From Acidobacteriota bacterium (lineage in GTDB: Bacteria > Acidobacteriota > Thermoanaerobaculia > Gp7-AA8), in assembly GCA_019244185.1 (NCBI GenBank), contig JAFATB010000022.1, forward strand, positions 256,001-320,000: 64,000 nucleotides of DNA. The letters are read 5' to 3'. A program made the position numbers and the translations under genes. The notes below the pieces were generated by a model. It saw nothing but the letters and a program-made list of their open reading frames with translations. It did not search any database and was not told where the DNA came from. Positions 36,339 to 45,530 of the stretch are shown here, piece by piece (positions within the stretch are counted from its first letter, which is position 1; each line of letters opens with the position of its first letter).

Positions 36339-37161
36339 AGACTTCTTCGGCCTCGACGCGAAGCCGTTCGGCAAGACGCCCGATCCGTCGTTTCTCTACG
36401 AGTCGAGACAACACCGCGAGGCGCTGGCGCGGCTCGAGTACGCCGTGGAGGAGAAGGAGCTCGCGCTGCTCACGGGCGACATCGGCTCGGGGAAGACGAC
36501 GCTCTCGCGCGCGCTGATCGACCGCATCGGCGACGCGCGGCCGGTTGTTCTTCTGATCAATCCGCGCCTCACGCCGACGCAGCTTCTGCGCGCGGTCGCG
36601 CGCGGACTCGAGCTCGAGCCGGCGCGCTTCCGCCACGAGCTGCTCGATCAGCTGCACACGAAGCTCTACGAGCTGTACGAGGCGAGGCGTGAGCCGGTGC
36701 TGATGATCGACGAGGCGCAGCTGATTCCGAGCAAGGCCACCTTCGACGAGATCCGGCTGCTGACGAACTTCCAGCTCGACGATCAGAACCTGCTCTCGGT
36801 CGTGCTCATCGGGCAGCCCGAGCTCGAGGAGCGGCTCGAGCGGCATGCGTACGCGCCGCTTCGGCAGCGCATCGGGATGCGCTACTCTCTCGGTCCGCTT
36901 TCCGTCGAGGAGACGATTCGCTACATCGAGCATCGCATCCGCGTCGCCGGCGGGCAGCGCAATCCGTTCAGCACCGACGCCATGGAAACCATCCACGCTC
37001 TCAGCGGCGGCATCCCGCGCCTCATCAACACGCTCGCGACCACCGCGCTCCTCGACGCGTTCGGCGAAGACGCCGAGACCATCGAGCCGCCGCGCGTCCA
37101 CTCCGCCGCGGCCGAGCACCGCATTGCATCCGAATCAGGAGCGGAGGCGGCGCATGGTTGA
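36331..37161 (+). CDS. ExeA/GspA-like AAA+ ATPase
   Basis: 'FFGLDAKPFGKTPDPSFLY', Walker A GDIGSGKT, Walker B MIDEAQ, LIGQPEL, GGIPRLIN. Confidence 0.9.
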   Translation: MFEDFFGLDAKPFGKTPDPSFLYESRQHREALARLEYAVEEKELALLTGDIGSGKTTLSRALIDRIGDARPVVLLINPRLTPTQLLRAVARGLELEPARFRHELLDQLHTKLYELYEARREPVLMIDEAQLIPSKATFDEIRLLTNFQLDDQNLLSVVLIGQPELEERLERHAYAPLRQRIGMRYSLGPLSVEETIRYIEHRIRVAGGQRNPFSTDAMETIHALSGGIPRLINTLATTALLDAFGEDAETIEPPRVHSAAAEHRIASESGAEAAHG

Positions 37162-37873
37162 TCTGGTGAAGATTCGGAAGAAGAAGGCAGAAGGCAGAAG
37201 GCAGAAGGCAGAAGAAGAAACCGCGAACGCGCCCGCGTCTGCCGAGGCGCCGGCGTCTGCCGTCGCGACGCCGAGCGAGGTTGTCATACCTGAGCCACCG
37301 GCGCCCGCCGTCGCCGGCGACGCATCGCCCGCCGCCGCGTCGAAGCTCGAGCAGTTCAAACGCGACGCGGGCAAACGGCGCGAGACCGAAGCCGCGCGCG
37401 CGGAAGACGTCTCCTCCGCGACCGCGGCGCTGCTGGAGCTGCTCACGTTCGTCATCGCGCGCGAGCAGTACGCGGTCGACATCGAGCGCATCGTCGAGAT
37501 CGTCACGCCGCGTCCGGTGACGCGCATCCCGAACGCCGATCCGTCGATCGTCGGCATCCTCTCGCTGCGCGGCACGATCGTCACGCTCGTCGACGTGCGC
37601 CGGAAGCTCCGCCATCCAGCGGCGGGCGAGGCGACGCCCGACACGCGCATCGTCGTCGCGGACTTCGGCAGCGAGATGGTCGGCTTCGTCGTCGACCGCG
37701 TTCTGCGCGTCGTGAAAGCGGCCGCGAGCGAGGTCGAGCCGCATCCGGTCGTGCACGCGACGGAGCTCGACTCCTCGATCCGCGGTGTCTTCCGCGCGGG
37801 CGGCGCGTTGACGATCCTGCTCGATTTGGACAAGCTACTCGACAGCAGGGCGCTCGCGGCGAGCACGGCGTGA
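37154..37873 (+). CDS. cheW: CheW with N-terminal low-complexity extension
   Basis: 'LLTFVIAREQYAVDIERIVEI...TRIPNA...GILSLRGTIVTLVD...GFVVDRV...LLDLDKLL'. Confidence 0.9.
   Translation: MVDLVKIRKKKAEGRRQKAEEETANAPASAEAPASAVATPSEVVIPEPPAPAVAGDASPAAASKLEQFKRDAGKRRETEAARAEDVSSATAALLELLTFVIAREQYAVDIERIVEIVTPRPVTRIPNADPSIVGILSLRGTIVTLVDVRRKLRHPAAGEATPDTRIVVADFGSEMVGFVVDRVLRVVKAAASEVEPHPVVHATELDSSIRGVFRAGGALTILLDLDKLLDSRALAASTA
37182..37214 (+). repeat. Coding heptamer microsatellite (AGAAGGC)x4.7 in cheW 5' end
   Basis: AGAAGGC at 37182, 37189, 37196, 37203 plus AGAAG. Confidence 0.9.
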
Positions 37874-37898
37874 CCGATCCCTCCCGGAAAATCAACCA

Positions 37899-38762
37899 AT
37901 GGACCTGACTTGCAGGAAATGCGGCTCGAGCTTTCGCGCCGCGATCTCGACGCCGCTCCTCATGCCCGTGCGCGTGGCTTGTCCCAAGTGCGCCTATCAG
38001 ATGGTGCTCAAACCGCGCACCGCGAGCGGCATGCATCCCGTCCCCGAGGACGAGCCGCAACCGCAGCAGCAACCGGCGCCCGTGCGCATCCCACGCCGCC
38101 GCCTGGCCGCGATCGCCGATGAGCCACGCGCCTTCCGCTCGTTCCTCGGCGATCAGCTGCGCCGCCTCGGCTTCGAAGTGGAGTTCTTCGAGACCGGCGA
38201 CCCGACGCTCGAGTTCGTCCGCCGCACCCGCGCCGAGCTCGTGATCGTCAACGTCTACCTCAAGGGCAAGCTCGGCGTGGAAGTGACCGAGGAGATCAAG
38301 GCGGACCCGGCGCTCGACGCGACACGCGTCATCCTCATCGGCGCGCTGTTCCGCGCGAACCGCTTCCGCGCGAATCCGACGAACCTCTACGGCGCGGACG
38401 AGTACATCGAAGAGCAGATCCCGGAGAAAGAGTTCCGGCAGATCATCCGCAAGCTGTTCCCCGAGGTGGGGGACACGGCGGAGATTCCGATCGAGCCGCG
38501 CGAGTACGACGAGGCGCGGAGGCTCGCGCGCCTGATCCTCTCGGACATCATCATCTATCACGCCGCGAAGGTGGAGCAGGGCATCCGCGACGACAACTTC
38601 TTCGAGGTGTTGCGCGCGGAGATCGACGAGGGACGCCAGTACTACGAGTCGCGCGTGCCGCACCGCGTCCGCCGCGACAGCGAGATCTTCACCGAGACGC
38701 TCCAGCAGTTCGTGCAGATGAAACGCGAAGAGCTGGCGCGCTTGAGGACGGGAACGCAATGA
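37899..38762 (+). CDS. Zinc-ribbon plus pseudo-receiver plus C-terminal helical domain protein
   Basis: CRKC...CPKC; REC-like fold with Asn at the phospho-Asp position (VIVNVYL); 'EARRLARLILSDIIIY' tail. Confidence 0.75.
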   Translation: MDLTCRKCGSSFRAAISTPLLMPVRVACPKCAYQMVLKPRTASGMHPVPEDEPQPQQQPAPVRIPRRRLAAIADEPRAFRSFLGDQLRRLGFEVEFFETGDPTLEFVRRTRAELVIVNVYLKGKLGVEVTEEIKADPALDATRVILIGALFRANRFRANPTNLYGADEYIEEQIPEKEFRQIIRKLFPEVGDTAEIPIEPREYDEARRLARLILSDIIIYHAAKVEQGIRDDNFFEVLRAEIDEGRQYYESRVPHRVRRDSEIFTETLQQFVQMKREELARLRTGTQ

Positions 38763-40990
38763 CCACCGCCGATCCGCAGATCATCGAACAGGCCCGCTCC
38801 GCCGATCCGGACGCGCGGCAGAAGGCCGCGTTCCTCGTCGCGCACTCCGCCGACGAGCGCGATCTGCCGCTGATGTTCGAGCTCCTCGGCGACAAGGACT
38901 GGCGCGTGCGCAAGACCATCGTCGACGGCTTCGTGCGCGACGCGCGTCCGGAGATCGTCGACGGACTGCTCGACGCGCTGGCCGACGCCGAGAACGCGGG
39001 CAAGCGCAATTCGGCGACCGAGGCGCTGATTCGCATCGGAGACCGCGCCATTCCGCCGATCGTCGAGCGGCTGCGCCACGAAGAAGACATCGACGTCCGC
39101 CTCTCGCTCGTGAATCTCATCGGCGATCTGCGCAGCCGCGACGGCTTCGACGTGCTCGTCGAGCTGCTCGACCGCGAGCACGACGTCAACGTGGCGTCGT
39201 CGATCGTCTCGTCGCTCGGCAAGTTCCGCGACGCGGCCGCGCTGCCGCATCTCACGCGCGTGCTCGCGCAACGCGACGATCTCTGGCTGAAGTTTCACGT
39301 CATCGAAGCGCTCGGCGAGATCGGCGACCGCACCGCGCTGCCGCTCGTCCTTCCGCTGTACGCCGAGAAGTCGCTGCGCAAGCCGGTGCTCGAAGCGGTC
39401 GGAAAGATCGCCGACGTCGGCACCGTGAACTTCCTCCTGCGCATCATCGCCGGCGAAGAGAAGCTGAATCTCACCGCGCTGCGCGCGCTGGTCCGTGTAG
39501 CTGAGGCGAGCAAGCCGCGCATCGTCGAACAGACCGAGCGGCAGCTGATCCAGAACCGCTTCCGCGAGTCGTTCCCGCGCGAGAAGATCGTGCCGCTGCT
39601 CGAACATCTGCAGACCACGCCGAAGCGTGAGGTGAAGCTCTTCATCCTCAAGTTCCTCGGCTGGTCCGGCGACGAGCGCGCGGTGCCGGTGCTGCTCGGG
39701 CAGCTCGAGAATCCCGACACCGCGGAAGTGGCCGCGCAGGCGCTCATCGACTTCGGCCCCGCCGCGATTCCGCGCATCCTCGAGGCGCTGCAGAACACGG
39801 ACGAGGACGAGTGCATCGCTCTGCTGCTGCGCGTCGTGAACATGATCGGCGGACGCGAGACGATTCCGTCGATCCTGCAGTTCCTCGATCACGACAACCC
39901 GATGATCCGCCGGCTCGCGCTGGAGACGCTCGGCGAGATTCCCGATCCGGCGTCGATCGACTACCTGCTCGCGAAGCTCGACGATCCCGACGTCGCGTCG
40001 CAGCAGGCCGCGGTCAACTCGATCTCCGCGCTCGTGGCGGCGTTCCCCGAGGCCAAGCAGGATGTGCTCGCGAAAATCAAACGCCTGCTGCAGTCGCATT
40101 CGATTCCGATCAAGCTCAACTCGCTCTCGGTGTACGTGAACATCCAGGGCGAGGGGTATCACGACGAGCTGCTGCTCGCGTCGAAAGACAGCGATCCCGC
40201 GATCCGGCAGAAAGCCGTGTCGCTGATGGGCAAGTTCGGCGAGGAGCGTTTCGCCGATCAGCTCGTGCTCTCGCTCGCCGATGAGGCGACGCCGGTGCGG
40301 CTCGCGGCGATCAACGCGATCGTGCGGCTGCGCCCGGAAACCGGACTCGAGCCGCTCATCAGCTCGCTCGATGATCACGACATCTGGATCCGCACCGCGG
40401 CGGCGCAGGCGCTCGGCGAGTATCGCCAGCCCGCGTCGATCGAGCCGCTGATGCGCCATCTCACGCACGATCCCGCGCCGGTGCGCATCGCCGTCATCGA
40501 GGCGCTCGGCAAATCCGAGGACCCGAACGTGAAGGACGTGCTCTGCGGCTGTCTCGGCGAAGCCGATCCCGAGATCCAGCGCGCGGCGATGCTCGCGCTC
40601 GCGCGCATTCCGGGCGAGGACGTGTTCGAGCGGCTGCTGAAAGCGCTCGCGCACGACGACTGGCGAATGCGCGCGGCGGCGGCGACGGCGCTCGGCATGC
40701 GCGGCGATCGCGCGGCGCTGCCGGTTTTGCATCGCGCGCTGGAAGACCCGGACACGTACGTGCAGCAGTCGGCGGTGCTCGCGCTCGACAAGGTCGCCGA
40801 CCGCTCATCGTTCCCCGTGCTTTTCAAAGCGCTCGAGAACACCGCGATTCTCGACGACGTGTCGGACGTGCTCGTCCGCCACAAGGATTTGTATCGCGAC
40901 CTCCTCGAGGAGGCGTGGCGCACCGCGGACAGCAGAAGAGAGGTAGTGATTGCCGCGATTCTGGCGGCGATGAAACGCAGCAGCGACTGA
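38759..40990 (+). CDS. HEAT/PBS-lyase repeat protein
   Basis: Many 'LxDxDxxVRxAAxxALGxIG' repeats. Confidence 0.9.
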   Translation: MTTADPQIIEQARSADPDARQKAAFLVAHSADERDLPLMFELLGDKDWRVRKTIVDGFVRDARPEIVDGLLDALADAENAGKRNSATEALIRIGDRAIPPIVERLRHEEDIDVRLSLVNLIGDLRSRDGFDVLVELLDREHDVNVASSIVSSLGKFRDAAALPHLTRVLAQRDDLWLKFHVIEALGEIGDRTALPLVLPLYAEKSLRKPVLEAVGKIADVGTVNFLLRIIAGEEKLNLTALRALVRVAEASKPRIVEQTERQLIQNRFRESFPREKIVPLLEHLQTTPKREVKLFILKFLGWSGDERAVPVLLGQLENPDTAEVAAQALIDFGPAAIPRILEALQNTDEDECIALLLRVVNMIGGRETIPSILQFLDHDNPMIRRLALETLGEIPDPASIDYLLAKLDDPDVASQQAAVNSISALVAAFPEAKQDVLAKIKRLLQSHSIPIKLNSLSVYVNIQGEGYHDELLLASKDSDPAIRQKAVSLMGKFGEERFADQLVLSLADEATPVRLAAINAIVRLRPETGLEPLISSLDDHDIWIRTAAAQALGEYRQPASIEPLMRHLTHDPAPVRIAVIEALGKSEDPNVKDVLCGCLGEADPEIQRAAMLALARIPGEDVFERLLKALAHDDWRMRAAAATALGMRGDRAALPVLHRALEDPDTYVQQSAVLALDKVADRSSFPVLFKALENTAILDDVSDVLVRHKDLYRDLLEEAWRTADSRREVVIAAILAAMKRSSD

Positions 40991-40994
40991 CTCG

Positions 40995-41846
40995 ATGTCG
41001 ACGTTCAATTTCTCGCTGAACCACCACATGGAGCTGCCGGACGACGTCTTCCGGCTGCTGCGGGAGCAGATCTACAAACGCTCCGGCATGTGGTTCAGCG
41101 ACTCGTCGAAGTATCTGCTTCAGAAACGACTCTCGCCGCGTGCGCGCGAGCTGAACTTCGACTCGTTCCAGAAGTACTTCTACTTCCTCCAGTACGACCC
41201 GCGCGCCGACGCGGAGTTCGACCAGATCTTCGATCTCGTCACGACGAACGAGACGTACTTTTTCCGCGAGCCCGCGCAGCTGCAGGCCTTCATCGAAGAG
41301 GTCATTCCCGACATCCTCTCGCGCAAGACCGTGAAGAAGGTGCGCATCTGGTCGGCGGGATGTTCGTCGGGTGAAGAGCCGTACTCGCTGGCGATGCTGC
41401 TGCAGGAAGCGGGCTGGTACGACCACGCCACGTTCGAGATTTTCGCGAGCGACATCAACCAGCAGGTGCTCTCGAAAGCGCGCAAGGGTCAGTACCGCGA
41501 GAACGCCTTCCGCGCCACGACGCCCGCGCTGCGCGACAAGTACTTCACGCGCGAAGCCGACGGCTCGTGGAAGGTGAGCGACGAGGTGCGCAACCGCGTC
41601 TCCTTCGGCCGCCTCAACCTCTACGACGAAGCGCGCGTCTCGCTCCTCGGCCACCTCGACGTCGTTTTCTGCCGCAACGTGATCATCTACTTCGACGACG
41701 CCTCGAAGAAGATCGTGGTGACGAACTTCTACAACCGCCTCGTCGAGAGCGGCTACCTGCTGCTCGGTCACAGCGAGTCGCTGATCTCGCTCTCGACGCA
41801 GTTCAAGCTGCGGCATCTGAAGCACGACATGGTGTATCAGAAGTGA
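40995..41846 (+). CDS. cheR: Protein-glutamate O-methyltransferase CheR
   Basis: TTNETYFFRE, IWSAGCSSGEEPYS, FCRNVIIYFD, LLLGHSESL. Confidence 0.96.
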   Translation: MSTFNFSLNHHMELPDDVFRLLREQIYKRSGMWFSDSSKYLLQKRLSPRARELNFDSFQKYFYFLQYDPRADAEFDQIFDLVTTNETYFFREPAQLQAFIEEVIPDILSRKTVKKVRIWSAGCSSGEEPYSLAMLLQEAGWYDHATFEIFASDINQQVLSKARKGQYRENAFRATTPALRDKYFTREADGSWKVSDEVRNRVSFGRLNLYDEARVSLLGHLDVVFCRNVIIYFDDASKKIVVTNFYNRLVESGYLLLGHSESLISLSTQFKLRHLKHDMVYQK

Positions 41847-41972
41847 AAGCTGAATGAAGAACGCAGAACGCAGAATGAAGAATTGAGAAAAAGAGCACGT
41901 GCGCGCGCGAAAGCGCGCGCCACCACAGTTCTTCATTCTGCGTTCTGCGTTCTGAATTCTTCATTCAGCTTT
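41846..41972. repeat. Heptamer-built palindromic element, copy 2 (16-bp terminal inverted repeat)
   Basis: AAAGCTGAATGAAGAA ... TTCTTCATTCAGCTTT with internal GCGCGC-GAAA-GCGCGC hairpin; sits between convergent genes. Confidence 0.88.
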
Positions 41973-43457
41973 TCGCAGCCACACGTACGACGGCAGCGAG
42001 AACGAGCCGTCCGCGTTCGAGAAATCCGAAACGACATACCCTGACAAACGATCGGCGTTGCGCCGCACGCGCAGCTCGACGCGATGCGGATGTCCGGCCG
42101 CTTCTTCCGCGGGCACGTTCGCGATGAACGTTCCGCCGAAGTAGCCTTCCTGCGGGCTGACGGCGAGCAGCGTCTCCGGTTGTTCGCCGACGCGCACGTG
42201 CACGTCGCCGTCGTCCTGGAAGAGGAGGCGAATCGGCAGCTTCGTCTGCGCGTTCTGGATCTCTCCGCGCCACTCGCCCTTCAGCGCGGCGCGATCCGCG
42301 TACGGCGCGTTCGCCCACGCCTCGTACTCGCCGATGCCTTCCTCGAGGTTGTGCTGGAAGCCGGGACGCAGCGCGTCCATGATGCGGAACGCGAGCTCGT
42401 CGCAGCGGCCGCCCGTCGCGTTGATGAGGCAGATCGCCGCCTGCTGCGCCGCCGGAAACAGCAGGAGCGTCGATTGCGCGCCGCCCGCGCGTCCGTCGCT
42501 GAGCAGATACGTTCCGTCGGCGAGCGCGATGTTGCCGATGCCGTACGCGAGCGGCGCGTGCTCGAAACCGCTGCGATGGGTTTGCATCAGCCGCAGCGTC
42601 TCCGGCTTCACGAACGCATCGCCGCCGCCGGCATGCAGCCGCGCGAAACGCACGAGATCCTCCACGCTCGCGTACATCGACAGCGAGCTTTCCGGCACGT
42701 CGAACGAAGGCGGCAGCAGCGTGCCGTCGCCGGTGTAATGCAGCGCGGCCGGCTCGCGCGACGGGCCGACGAAACTCTGCGTCATGCCGAGGGGAGGGAA
42801 GAAGCGCTCGTTCATGAAATCGCGGTACGGCTGTTTGGCCGCGCCGGCGATGACCTCTTCGGCGATGCCGACGCTCATGTTCGAGTACATCGGCACGGAG
42901 CCCGGCGCGAAGATCACCATGCCGCGATTGCGCACGAGGTCGGCCCGCGTGTAGCGCGCGCGTGCGGCCGCGGAGGAGAACGAGAGTCCGCCATGCGGAA
43001 TCTCGGCGGTCATGTCGAGGAGGCGTCCGACCGTGACCGCGTCCGCCGAGCCTTCGTAGATCGTCAGCTTGTTCTCGCCGAGGTAACGCGAGACGGGCGC
43101 GTCGAGCGCGACGAGGTGCTGATCGACGAAACGCATCACCGCCGTCGCCGTGATGGACTTGCCGAGCGACGCGAGCAGATACGGCGTGTCCGGCGTGGCG
43201 GCCTTCTTCTGCTCGCGGTCGCGCCAGCCGATCGACTCTTCCCAGATCGTCTTTCCGGAGTCGACGACCGCGATGGAGATCGACGGAATCTTGCCGTTCC
43301 GCACGAGCGCGACGAGCTCGGCGCGGAGTGCCGCAAGGCGCGCGTCCGCCGCGGTGCAGGTCGTGATCGGCACCGGTTCCGTTTGCGTTTGCGCGCATGG
43401 GGCAGCACGGAGCGGGAGCGCGGCGGCGGCGAAGAGAAGCAGAACAGCAGCTCGCAT
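41961..43457 (-). CDS. Secreted serine hydrolase (beta-lactamase class C / AmpC-like family)
   Basis: Signal peptide; SxxK 'ASLGKS', YxN 'MYSN'; the usual HxG is replaced by SDG. Confidence 0.85.
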   Translation of the reverse strand: MRAAVLLLFAAAALPLRAAPCAQTQTEPVPITTCTAADARLAALRAELVALVRNGKIPSISIAVVDSGKTIWEESIGWRDREQKKAATPDTPYLLASLGKSITATAVMRFVDQHLVALDAPVSRYLGENKLTIYEGSADAVTVGRLLDMTAEIPHGGLSFSSAAARARYTRADLVRNRGMVIFAPGSVPMYSNMSVGIAEEVIAGAAKQPYRDFMNERFFPPLGMTQSFVGPSREPAALHYTGDGTLLPPSFDVPESSLSMYASVEDLVRFARLHAGGGDAFVKPETLRLMQTHRSGFEHAPLAYGIGNIALADGTYLLSDGRAGGAQSTLLLFPAAQQAAICLINATGGRCDELAFRIMDALRPGFQHNLEEGIGEYEAWANAPYADRAALKGEWRGEIQNAQTKLPIRLLFQDDGDVHVRVGEQPETLLAVSPQEGYFGGTFIANVPAEEAAGHPHRVELRVRRNADRLSGYVVSDFSNADGSFSLPSYVWLRKAE

Positions 43458-43550
43458 GTACGACGAGTATCGTACGGTGGAACTAGTAGTCGCTGTCACA
43501 TTCCTGCGGCGATGAGGGCCGGCGTTTTTCTCCACTAGAATGTGCGCCGC

Positions 43551-44612
43551 GTGCCGCCCACCTCTTCTTCCCCGATCCGCGCGCTGGTCATCGATGACTC
43601 GGCCTACAACCGCGTGACGCTCACGCGCATGCTCGAGACCGAGCCGCGCATCAGCGTCGTGGGCACCGCGGTCAACGGCGAAGACGGGATCAAGCAGGTG
43701 ATGAAGCTGCGGCCCGACGTGATCACGCTCGATCTCGAGATGCCGATCATGGACGGCTTCGCGTTCCTGCGCTGGCTGATGGCGAACCTGCCCACCGCGG
43801 TCATCGCCGTGTCGTCGCGCGCGAGCGACCGCAGCGTGTTCAAGGCGCTCGAGCTCGGCGCGCTCGACTTCATCGCCAAACCGGGCGGCCGCGTCTCGCC
43901 GCGTCTCGAGGAAATCGAAAAGGATCTCGTTTCGAAAGTGATGCAGGTGGCGGAGCTCTCGATGGAGAACCTCCGCCGCCGCGCGCAGGAAGAAGAAGCC
44001 GCGCCGTCGACGCCGGCGACGATGCCCGACAGCTGTCCGAAAGGCGTGCAGCTCATCGCCATCGGCTGCTCGACCGGCGGTCCGCCCGCGCTGCAGCATC
44101 TCTTTCAGTCGATGCCGCAGCTGCCGGTGCCGTTCGTCGTCGCACAGCACATGCCGCCGACGTTCACGCGCCTCTTCGCCGAACGGGTCAACAAGTTGAC
44201 TGCTTTCGAAGTGAAGGAAGGCCACGACGGCGAGATGCTCGTGCCGGGCACCGTCTACATCGCGCCGGGCGGCATGCAGAGCGAGGTGCGCCGCACCGGC
44301 GAGGCGCTGCAGCTGCGCGTCACGCCGGCGGGGAGCGGCGATCTGTACGCGCCGTCGGTCGACCGCCTCTTCCGCAGCGCGAGCGATGCGTGCCGCGAGC
44401 GGCTCGTCGCGGTGATCATGACGGGCATGGGCGACGACGGTTCGGAGGCGATCCGCGACGTGCACGATCGCGGCGGAAAGACGATCGCGGAGTCGGCCGA
44501 AAGCGCGATCATCTTCGGCATGCCGTCCGAGGCGATCAAGACCGGAGCGGTGGACGAAGTGCTGCCGCTCGCGCAGATCGGCAACGCCATCCAGCGCCTC
44601 TGCATGGGTTGA
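43551..44612 (+). CDS. cheB: Chemosensory methylesterase CheB (REC plus CheB)
   Basis: ITLDLEMP; catalytic GCSTGG, QHMP, TGMGDDG; start GTG 43551 or 43542. Confidence 0.95.
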   Translation: MPPTSSSPIRALVIDDSAYNRVTLTRMLETEPRISVVGTAVNGEDGIKQVMKLRPDVITLDLEMPIMDGFAFLRWLMANLPTAVIAVSSRASDRSVFKALELGALDFIAKPGGRVSPRLEEIEKDLVSKVMQVAELSMENLRRRAQEEEAAPSTPATMPDSCPKGVQLIAIGCSTGGPPALQHLFQSMPQLPVPFVVAQHMPPTFTRLFAERVNKLTAFEVKEGHDGEMLVPGTVYIAPGGMQSEVRRTGEALQLRVTPAGSGDLYAPSVDRLFRSASDACRERLVAVIMTGMGDDGSEAIRDVHDRGGKTIAESAESAIIFGMPSEAIKTGAVDEVLPLAQIGNAIQRLCMG

Positions 44613-44701
44613 GCGGCGTTACGCCGAATCGCAACAACTTCCTGTTCGCCCGCTCACGACGCTGTGCTACATTCAGCCGACTCGCGCGGGTCCCACGAGA
44701 G

Positions 44702-45505
44702 ATGAGCGAAGAACAAAGAGCGGAAAAGTTCCTGGAGCTGTTCAACAAGGGCAAGGAGTTCACCGAGGAATTGCTTCGGGAGAACCAGCGCCTGCGTTAC
44801 CGGCTCGCGGCGCTCGAGACCGAATCGGTCGCGCCGGAGGAAGTGCAGCGCCTGCGCGAGCAGATCTCGCAGCTCACCGAGGAGAACCGCCGCATCCAGC
44901 AGCGCTTCCGCGAAGTCGAGGAAGAGAACAAGGACTTCGCGAACCGCTACATCGAGATCGAAGAGCAGAACAACAACCTCGCGAACCTCTACGTCGCGAG
45001 CTATCAGCTCCATTCGACGCTCGACTTCCGCGAGGTCATTCAGATCGTCCAGGAGATCATCATCAATCTCGTCGGCGCGGAGGCGTTCGCGATCCTCCTG
45101 CTCGACGAGAAGACGAACGAGCTCAAAGCGATCGCGTACGAGGGCGAAGACGTCATGCCCGGCGTTGACGCGATCTCCACGCGCCTCGGCGAAGGCGTGC
45201 TCGGCACGGTCGCGAAGACCGGCGAGAGCTACTACGTGAACCAGGACGTCGAGGGCGGCGCCATCACCATCGACAAGCCGCTCGCCGCCGTGCCGCTGAA
45301 GATCAAGGAGCACGTGATCGGTCTCATCGTGATCTACAAGCTCCTCCAGCAAAAAGACTCGTTCTCGGCCGTCGACTACGAGCTCTTCTCGCTGCTGGCC
45401 GCGCACGCCGCGACCGCGATCTTCTCATCCAAACTCTATTCGCAGTCCGAGAGGAAGCTGAACACGATCCAGAGCTTCCTCGATCTGCTCACGACGACAA
45501 GTTAG
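44702..45505 (+). CDS. Coiled-coil plus GAF domain protein
   Basis: Glu-rich heptad N-terminus, 'NLANLYVASYQLHSTLDF', 'GEGVLGTVAKTG', 'AVPLKIKEHVIGLI'. Confidence 0.85.
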   Translation: MSEEQRAEKFLELFNKGKEFTEELLRENQRLRYRLAALETESVAPEEVQRLREQISQLTEENRRIQQRFREVEEENKDFANRYIEIEEQNNNLANLYVASYQLHSTLDFREVIQIVQEIIINLVGAEAFAILLLDEKTNELKAIAYEGEDVMPGVDAISTRLGEGVLGTVAKTGESYYVNQDVEGGAITIDKPLAAVPLKIKEHVIGLIVIYKLLQQKDSFSAVDYELFSLLAAHAATAIFSSKLYSQSERKLNTIQSFLDLLTTTS

Positions 45506-45530
45506 GTAAGAAGAGGTTCGACCGGTGGGG

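Noticed and set aside
36331-37161. Type II secretion system or transposon TniB ATPase
   Set aside because: No gsp or transposase genes nearby; the ATPase is translationally coupled to cheA and cheW
41961-43457. Bona fide beta-lactam resistance gene
   Set aside because: Only generic SxxK/YxN motifs; the family is mostly esterases and peptidases and the third motif is atypical
41961-44465. 834-aa version of the serine hydrolase
   Set aside because: The extension is antisense to cheB; the signal peptide begins at ATG 43457
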